From Desulfotalea psychrophila LSv54 (GTDB lineage Bacteria > Desulfobacterota > Desulfobulbia > Desulfobulbales > Desulfocapsaceae), in contig NC_006138.1 of assembly GCF_000025945.1 (NCBI RefSeq), positions 3,240,001-3,272,000 of the forward strand: a stretch of 32,000 bases of DNA. The letters run 5' to 3'. This document shows positions 26,230 through 32,000 of the stretch, piece by piece. The notes beneath the pieces are model-generated. The model was given only the letters and a program-made list of their open reading frames with translations. It did not search any database and was not told the origin of the DNA. The translations under genes and the position numbers were made by a program. Each line of letters opens with the position of its first letter. Position 1 is the first letter of the stretch.

Positions 26230-27729
26230 TTAAGCCAACCGTGGTAGCTTTATGGCAAAACAACTGCCCAGACCAGGTTCACTGGTAACCGTCACAGTAC
26301 CGCCATGGGTTTCAATAATATTGGATGTAATAGCAAGACCTAAACCAGTTCCCTTGTGTCTGTCGGTAAAAAAAGGATTAAAAATCTGGGCCTGATTCTC
26401 TTCACTGATACCACGACCCGTATCCCGAACCCTGAGAAGTACCGCACCATCATCCAGGTTAGCAGTTGTTATCTGCAACTCCCCACCCTCTTCCATGGCC
26501 TGCAGGGCATTCATAACAATATTGAGAAGGGCCCGGTAAAAGGCATCCTGATCAAGCATAGTTGCACGAAGATCCGGGGCAAAATCGGTGACAAGCTTAA
26601 CCCCCTGCGCCTTTAACTGAGGGGTAACAAAGGTGAGCACCTTAGTAATAATCTCATCAACGGTAGCCACCACAAAATTCATCTTCTGCGGTCTGGCAAA
26701 ATCAAGGAATTCAATAACAATATCATTAAGACGAGTCGTTTCATCTATGATAATTCCAGCCAACATCTCGTTTCCGGGAGCAATTTTTTTTATCCGTTTT
26801 TGCAAAAGTTCCGCAGTGCTTCGAACAATACCTAAAGGACTCTTAATTTCATGGGAGACCGTCGCCACCATGGTGCCAAGATGAACAAGACGCTCTGCCT
26901 GATTAAGCTTATCTTCAAGACGAAGTCTCTCCAGAGTCTTCGCCTCCATTATCTTATCAGCTCTGGCAACAATAGACCGTAGTACTAAAAAAAGTACCGC
27001 CATCACCACACTTGACCCAAGCAGAAGTTTCACCTGAAGGAGGAGTATTTTGCTGTACTCCTTGGTGAGGTCCTTGTCTATCTCGATAACCCCGAGAATC
27101 TCGCCATCACTCTCCCCGCTCTTACCAACCTGGCGAAAGGGAATATAGGTGGTTAAACTACAGGAAATGGACTTACCAACACCAACCAAATTCGAGAAGG
27201 ATCCCCCATAGATGAGCTTGGAGCTTGTCTCCCCTGTGAGGGCAAGAGTATAGCCTTTACCACCCTGGTCCTCTTGTCCTATAATTTCACTATTTGTTGA
27301 GTAAGAGATAACATTCTTACTCGAATCATAGATCTTCACGGAATCAATATCCATTCCATGAATCAGTCCAGTAATAATTCGATTAATAAGCGTATACTGC
27401 TCCGGCTCCCGCAGAGAAATTTTGCCATAACGAATCACCGTAGGCAGAACAAAACGGTGAAAAACCTGCTGATTTATACTCTCAGCAAGGAGCAGAGTAT
27501 GGGCTTCACTCTGCTCAAACATAACCTTCTGGGAATATTTCGACTGAAACCAGGAGAGAAGAAGGGTAAAGACCAGGATAACAACAAGACTGGAAAAAGA
27601 AAAAAACTTTACAAGCTTAAACGGTTGTGCTCCTGCATCAATTTTTTGTTTCCGGACAGCATCAACCTTTTGCTCTGATTTAGTTTTTTCCTTCACCACA
27701 CACCCCACATTTCCGACAGCTTCCCACAA
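26230..27729 (-). CDS. Membrane sensor histidine kinase with extracytoplasmic sensor domain
   Basis: Two TM segments flank a ~180-aa domain. H-box SHEIKSPL; N-box NIVMNALQAM; G-boxes DTGRGI and GTGLGLAI. The start is uncertain: the track start is a TTG that overlaps the upstream gene by 50 nt. Confidence 0.85.
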   Translation of the reverse strand: MWEAVGNVGCVVKEKTKSEQKVDAVRKQKIDAGAQPFKLVKFFSFSSLVVILVFTLLLSWFQSKYSQKVMFEQSEAHTLLLAESINQQVFHRFVLPTVIRYGKISLREPEQYTLINRIITGLIHGMDIDSVKIYDSSKNVISYSTNSEIIGQEDQGGKGYTLALTGETSSKLIYGGSFSNLVGVGKSISCSLTTYIPFRQVGKSGESDGEILGVIEIDKDLTKEYSKILLLQVKLLLGSSVVMAVLFLVLRSIVARADKIMEAKTLERLRLEDKLNQAERLVHLGTMVATVSHEIKSPLGIVRSTAELLQKRIKKIAPGNEMLAGIIIDETTRLNDIVIEFLDFARPQKMNFVVATVDEIITKVLTFVTPQLKAQGVKLVTDFAPDLRATMLDQDAFYRALLNIVMNALQAMEEGGELQITTANLDDGAVLLRVRDTGRGISEENQAQIFNPFFTDRHKGTGLGLAITSNIIETHGGTVTVTSEPGLGSCFAIKLPRLA

Positions 27730-29419
27730 GACAGGCAGCCGTCTGCAGGGACTTAAAAGATTTCAGGTATTCGTGCCACAGATATTCAGGGGCGATTCCA
27801 TGGTCAATGATGGACCAGGGCAAAAAGCTTTTATCATCATAGCAGGATATAATATAGTCCTCGGTCTGCAGACCATGCCGTTTCATTGCCTGCTTCCAGT
27901 TACAGCCCTCTGTAATCATGGAAAGTAAGACATCAGCAATCCTTCTATCGCCACGGGAAAGCAGGGCCTGAAAAAGCACATGCTCCGGTTTATCAGAGTT
28001 CATTGACACATTGTCATACTGAGCAAATCCCGTTTTCAAAAATTTTAGCCGCTCCTTTAATGTCTTGACCACCCGTTGGGCGGATACAGACTCACCCGGA
28101 AAAAGCCTCTCGCTCACACCAAAGCCATGATACTGAAAGGGTGTCCAGGGTTTAGGTGCAAAGGAGTTAGCAGAGACAACAATATCACAGAGATGACCAC
28201 GAGATTTACCAATGGGATCAATCCTGGCCTTTATCTTACCCACAAGGTCAACTGCCTCCTGCAGATCCTCTTCCGTCTCCGTCGGCAAACCAACCATCAA
28301 ATAAAGCTTAAGCTTAAAGATACCTGCTGAAACCAAATTTTCCGCAGCACTGAGCAGATCAGACTCTTTAAGGCCCTTATTAATGACCAGACGCAGACGC
28401 TCCGATGAACCATCCGGGGCAATAGCCACACTCTTAAGATGACTCTTACCAAGGAGATCCAACAGATCTGAAGTGATCCTATCGGCTCGTAGGGAGGAGA
28501 AGGAGAGGGAACAACCACTGCCAAGAAGATATTCCGCTATGGCATCAAGATCCTTAGTAGCAGCCATCTCCATTCCAAGCAAGCCCACACGCTCCACCCC
28601 GTCAAAACGTTCCTTGAGCCCTGCAACCACTGCATCTGCATCCCACAGGCGTGGCGGACGATAGATAAATCCTGCAGTACAAAAACGACAGCCACGGGAA
28701 CAACCCCGTCCAAGTTCTGTCAGATAAAGATCTGAAAATTCCGCCTCCTTGGTGAGAAGTTGTGAATGGGCCGCACGATCACTGTGGTACAGGGTCAGCT
28801 TTTTTATCCGGCGAGGCAGACCTTCATCGACATCGTAGCCGGCCTGTCTGCCATCATCTCCATAAAATGGGTGATAAAAACGCGGGCCATAACAACCATC
28901 ATACTCGGTGCATACCTTTTTGAGCAGATCACCCCGCCCCAAGGCGATGGAGGCAAAGATTTCGGCATTAACCTCAACCAGTGATTCTTCCGCCTCTCCC
29001 ACATAAAACATATCGATAAAGGGAGCGATGGGCTCAGGGTTCATAAAACTGATAACCCCGCCACAAATCACCAGAGGAGAACCTGGACCAACCTCGACGG
29101 GACGCCTGTCGGCAAGAGGATGAATCCCCCCAGCCATAAGCATCCGAACGAGATTGATATAATCATGCTCAAAACTAATGGATATATAAACTAGGGAAAA
29201 ATCGCTCAGAGGTCGGCCCGACTCCATAGAAGTCAAGCTACCACCCTCTTCCGGCAAAAAGAAACGTTCACAAACTAAATCTTCTTGCTCATTGAGCATA
29301 TTATAGACAAGCTGAAAACCAAGGCTGGACATGCCAACCCTATAGACATTGGGATACAGCAAAGCAACGGGCTTACGGCCGGTCCATTTTTTCAAATAGC
29401 TGCCGCGTTCTCCTGCCAA
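27680..29419 (-). CDS. Radical SAM protein with N-terminal B12-binding-like domain
   Basis: 579-aa ORF with CSRGCRFC (CxxxCxxC) preceded by a Rossmann-like N-terminal domain (VALLYPNVYRVGMSSLGFQ). The start is a TTG, and the frame stays open for 35 more codons upstream. Confidence 0.8.
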   Translation of the reverse strand: MAGERGSYLKKWTGRKPVALLYPNVYRVGMSSLGFQLVYNMLNEQEDLVCERFFLPEEGGSLTSMESGRPLSDFSLVYISISFEHDYINLVRMLMAGGIHPLADRRPVEVGPGSPLVICGGVISFMNPEPIAPFIDMFYVGEAEESLVEVNAEIFASIALGRGDLLKKVCTEYDGCYGPRFYHPFYGDDGRQAGYDVDEGLPRRIKKLTLYHSDRAAHSQLLTKEAEFSDLYLTELGRGCSRGCRFCTAGFIYRPPRLWDADAVVAGLKERFDGVERVGLLGMEMAATKDLDAIAEYLLGSGCSLSFSSLRADRITSDLLDLLGKSHLKSVAIAPDGSSERLRLVINKGLKESDLLSAAENLVSAGIFKLKLYLMVGLPTETEEDLQEAVDLVGKIKARIDPIGKSRGHLCDIVVSANSFAPKPWTPFQYHGFGVSERLFPGESVSAQRVVKTLKERLKFLKTGFAQYDNVSMNSDKPEHVLFQALLSRGDRRIADVLLSMITEGCNWKQAMKRHGLQTEDYIISCYDDKSFLPWSIIDHGIAPEYLWHEYLKSFKSLQTAACLVGSCRKCGVCGEGKN

Positions 29420-29520
29420 AAGTTCCTGGCGATGAGCATGAACTCCCCGGGATCGACTCTGCTGGTTTTTCTTTTTTTTTATTGTACTTCTCCAGATAAA
29501 AATATTTTACAGGGATACAT

Positions 29521-30783
29521 CTAATTGGCATTTTTTCGCAAATAGGTGGGAGTCTCTAACAACTCCAAATCCCTCTTAGTGCCACTGGTAGCAGAACTCG
29601 CATTGCCTGCCTGACCACTTCCACCGGAAATACCAAGATTTTCCAATGAATCAAAACTGGAACGTGGCAATTTGGTCGCTCGATGCTGAACATTTTTAGG
29701 GGCAGGTGAGCCATGGGTAACCGCTTCAGGACCGGGGGGAACCAAATTCAACCCTGGTGTTTTACCCGAGGTTTCTGCCCGGTTAAGGACTCTAGGCTTA
29801 GCCACAACTTCCTTACAGGCAAGCACTCCACCAACACCGGTGGCAACAACAGTCACCCGAATTTCATCGCCAAGCTCATCATCATAGAGGGCACCAACCA
29901 CAATAACCGCATCCTCATCAACCTTCTCTTGAATAAGAAGAGAAACCTCATTTAACTCTTCCAGAGTTAAGGATTCTGAAGAGGCTGAAACGTTAATCAA
30001 AACCCCTCGAGCGCCATCCACCCCAACATCCTCAAGCAGTTGATTATCAATGGCTATACGGGCAGCATCGATAGCACGATTCTCACCACTTGCACTACCC
30101 ACTCCCATAATGGCAGGGCCCACTTCCTTCATAACGGTACGAAGATCCGCAAAATCAGCATTAATAAGACCAGGTACGTTAATGAGATTTGAAATACCCC
30201 TTACTGCCTGAAGTAAGACGGTATCTGCCATAAGCAGCATATCCGCCAACTTACTCGTTTTTTGCCCAAGAGAAAGGAGTCGATCATTGGGAACAGTGAT
30301 AATGGTATCCACATTGGCGCGCAATTCCTGCCAACCCTGCTCGGCATGCCTTGCCCGCACCTTACCCTCAAAGCTGAAGGGTTTGGTAACCACAGCCACG
30401 GTAAGAGCACCCGCTTCCTTTGCTATCTTAGCAATTACAGGAGCGGCCCCTGTCCCTGTTCCACCACCAAGGCCTGCTGCCACAAAAACCATGTCGCATC
30501 CCTCAACGGCAGCCTTCAAATCTTCGAGTGATTCAAGAGCGGCAAGTTTACCTGTTTCAGGATCAGCACCGGCGCCAAGCCCTTTAGTAATACCAGGACC
30601 CATCTGCAACACGACATCTGCCATCGATTCCTGAAGTGCTTGCAAATCGGTATTGACCGAGATAAACTGCACCCCCTGCAAACCATTGCGCACCATACTG
30701 TTAATGGCATTACCACCACCACCACCAACGCCAAAAACCTTGATAACAGCAATACCTGTCTGCTCAGCAATTCTGAACGCCAT
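29521..30783 (-). CDS. ftsZ: Cell division protein FtsZ
   Basis: 420-aa ORF with the tubulin signature GGGTGTGAAPVIA. It begins IKVFGVGGGGGNAIN and has the conserved C-terminal peptide LETPTYLRK. Confidence 0.97.
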   Translation of the reverse strand: MAFRIAEQTGIAVIKVFGVGGGGGNAINSMVRNGLQGVQFISVNTDLQALQESMADVVLQMGPGITKGLGAGADPETGKLAALESLEDLKAAVEGCDMVFVAAGLGGGTGTGAAPVIAKIAKEAGALTVAVVTKPFSFEGKVRARHAEQGWQELRANVDTIITVPNDRLLSLGQKTSKLADMLLMADTVLLQAVRGISNLINVPGLINADFADLRTVMKEVGPAIMGVGSASGENRAIDAARIAIDNQLLEDVGVDGARGVLINVSASSESLTLEELNEVSLLIQEKVDEDAVIVVGALYDDELGDEIRVTVVATGVGGVLACKEVVAKPRVLNRAETSGKTPGLNLVPPGPEAVTHGSPAPKNVQHRATKLPRSSFDSLENLGISGGSGQAGNASSATSGTKRDLELLETPTYLRKNAN

Positions 30784-30898
30784 GTTCTCCTCCCCATCTC
30801 ATTATTACTCTTGCTGTTATACTGCAAAAATCTTTCATCTAATGTTATTATAACTATACTATGGTAGCAAAAAGGCACTATAAACAAAAGTCTAGATT

Positions 30899-32000
30899 TT
30901 ACATAATATTTTTGAAAAATCGACATATTTTAGTAAAAACTGAATGATCAACCAATCCCTTTCCCTGATGCTCTTCCCGACCAAAAAGAACCAAACCCAC
31001 GGCCGTCGTGCAACGGGGTGTATAAACATTTTCAACACGACCTGTAAGGCCTTCTGGATAGCCTACACGCACAGGTAAATCAAAAATTTGTTCGGCAAGG
31101 TCGGCAATATTAGGCAAGAGGGCAGTTCCCCCTGTAAGGACAATGCCATGACCAATATTCGTCTTCTGCCCAGACTCTATAAGCGCCTCGTCGACCATCT
31201 CCAAGATCTCTTTCGTCCGCGCCTCAAGTATTTCAACCAAAAATTTTTGAGGTGTTTTCACAGGATTTTTATCGCCACGCTTAGGTACTTCGACAACATA
31301 ATTCGATTTTACAACAGAGGCTATAGCGCCACCGTAATTTTCTTTAAGCCACTCAGCATCCCCTAGGGAGGTCAAGAGACCAACAGAAATATCATTGGTA
31401 AGATTATGGCCACCAAAATTTATCTGGCTGGTCTGACGAACAGTTCCCCCATGAAAAACTGCAGTGTCAGTGGTTCCCCCCCCAATATCAACGAGGGCAA
31501 CCCCATTCTCTTTTTCCTCACGGGTAAGGACGGCATGGGCAGAGGCCACGGATTCCAGAACCAAGCTTGCCACCTTCACCCCCGCCTTCTCGCAACAGGT
31601 AACAAGGTTATGAATAGCACCGACATCAGCAGTCACAATATGCACATTTGTCGCCAACCGCACTCCGGTCATCCCCACGGGATTTTGAATACCAACATTA
31701 TCATCCACCATATACTCCTGGGGCAGTACATGGATTATATTCTGATTTTGGGAAATTTTTACCGTCTGAGCAGCCCTACGAACCGCCTCTAAATCAGACT
31801 TTTTAATCTCACGATCATTAATAGCAACAATACCCGGGCTGTTGAAACCCTTTATATGATCCCCGGCAATACCAACATAGGCAGGAACATTTTTCAGCTC
31901 ATAGTCTGAAGATTCTTCAGCAAGCCTCAGAGCCTTTTGAATAGATTGAACGGTGCTTTCAATATTATAGACAACACCTTTTTTCAAGCCCGAAGAGGGC
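30899..32000 (-). CDS. ftsA: Cell division protein FtsA (N-terminus beyond the window end)
   Basis: Actin/Hsp70-fold motifs (VDIGGGTTD, VLTGGTALLP) and a position immediately upstream of ftsZ. The track start at 31987 is an in-frame TTG, and the frame stays open to position 32000. Confidence 0.93.
   Translation of the reverse strand, partial: PSSGLKKGVVYNIESTVQSIQKALRLAEESSDYELKNVPAYVGIAGDHIKGFNSPGIVAINDREIKKSDLEAVRRAAQTVKISQNQNIIHVLPQEYMVDDNVGIQNPVGMTGVRLATNVHIVTADVGAIHNLVTCCEKAGVKVASLVLESVASAHAVLTREEKENGVALVDIGGGTTDTAVFHGGTVRQTSQINFGGHNLTNDISVGLLTSLGDAEWLKENYGGAIASVVKSNYVVEVPKRGDKNPVKTPQKFLVEILEARTKEILEMVDEALIESGQKTNIGHGIVLTGGTALLPNIADLAEQIFDLPVRVGYPEGLTGRVENVYTPRCTTAVGLVLFGREEHQGKGLVDHSVFTKICRFFKNIM

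Noticed and set aside
1-32000. Scan for CRISPR-like direct repeat arrays, tRNA or tmRNA-like sequences, IS inverted repeats, integrase or transposase ORFs and long tandem repeats.
   Set aside because: None seen by eye in intergenic regions or in the ORF translations. The only repeats found are short hairpins/terminators and homopolymer tracts (T9 at 1073-1081; T5-C-T9 at 29466-29480). A computational repeat or tRNA scan (tRNAscan-SE, minced, a self dot-plot) would be needed to exclude subtle cases.

Overview
This looks like an ordinary core-chromosome region with high coding density, about 31 protein genes. I found no transposase, integrase, phage gene, CRISPR array, tRNA or rRNA by eye. The gene content fits an anaerobic Desulfobacterota (delta-proteobacterium-like) genome; that assignment is inferred from content, not from any search. 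GC looks mid-40s % by eye and was not computed. Recognisable genes, in window order: tyrS (partial), rny (RNase Y), zapA and zapB, a Nudix hydrolase, an MltD-like lytic transglycosylase, a MoaE-like protein, a YihY/BrkB membrane protein, an HNH protein tightly coupled to folC, a UvrD/PcrA-type helicase, nagZ, a TM2 protein, a hybrid histidine kinase, a DUF493 protein, single-chain pyruvate:ferredoxin oxidoreductase, a YkgJ Cys-cluster protein, a PHP histidinol-phosphatase-like protein, a HEAT-repeat response regulator, a CoA-disulfide-reductase/rhodanese fusion, a second histidine kinase, a radical SAM protein, and ftsZ and ftsA (end of the dcw cluster). The main feature absent from the ORF track is a candidate 6S RNA (ssrS) on the minus strand just downstream of zapA. 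It is followed by about 430 nt of structured non-coding sequence before rny. I do not see a convincing novel multi-gene system such as a defence island or mobile element. The best leads are: (i) the 6S-like RNA and the unexplained spacer before rny; (ii) a co-directional kinase / persulfide-reductase-like enzyme / HEAT-REC module downstream of ftsZ; (iii) a Cys-rich PAS-like sensor; and (iv) a perfect 16-bp palindrome in a divergent promoter region. All calls rest on hand translation, motif recognition and manual folding. No database search or folding program was run.
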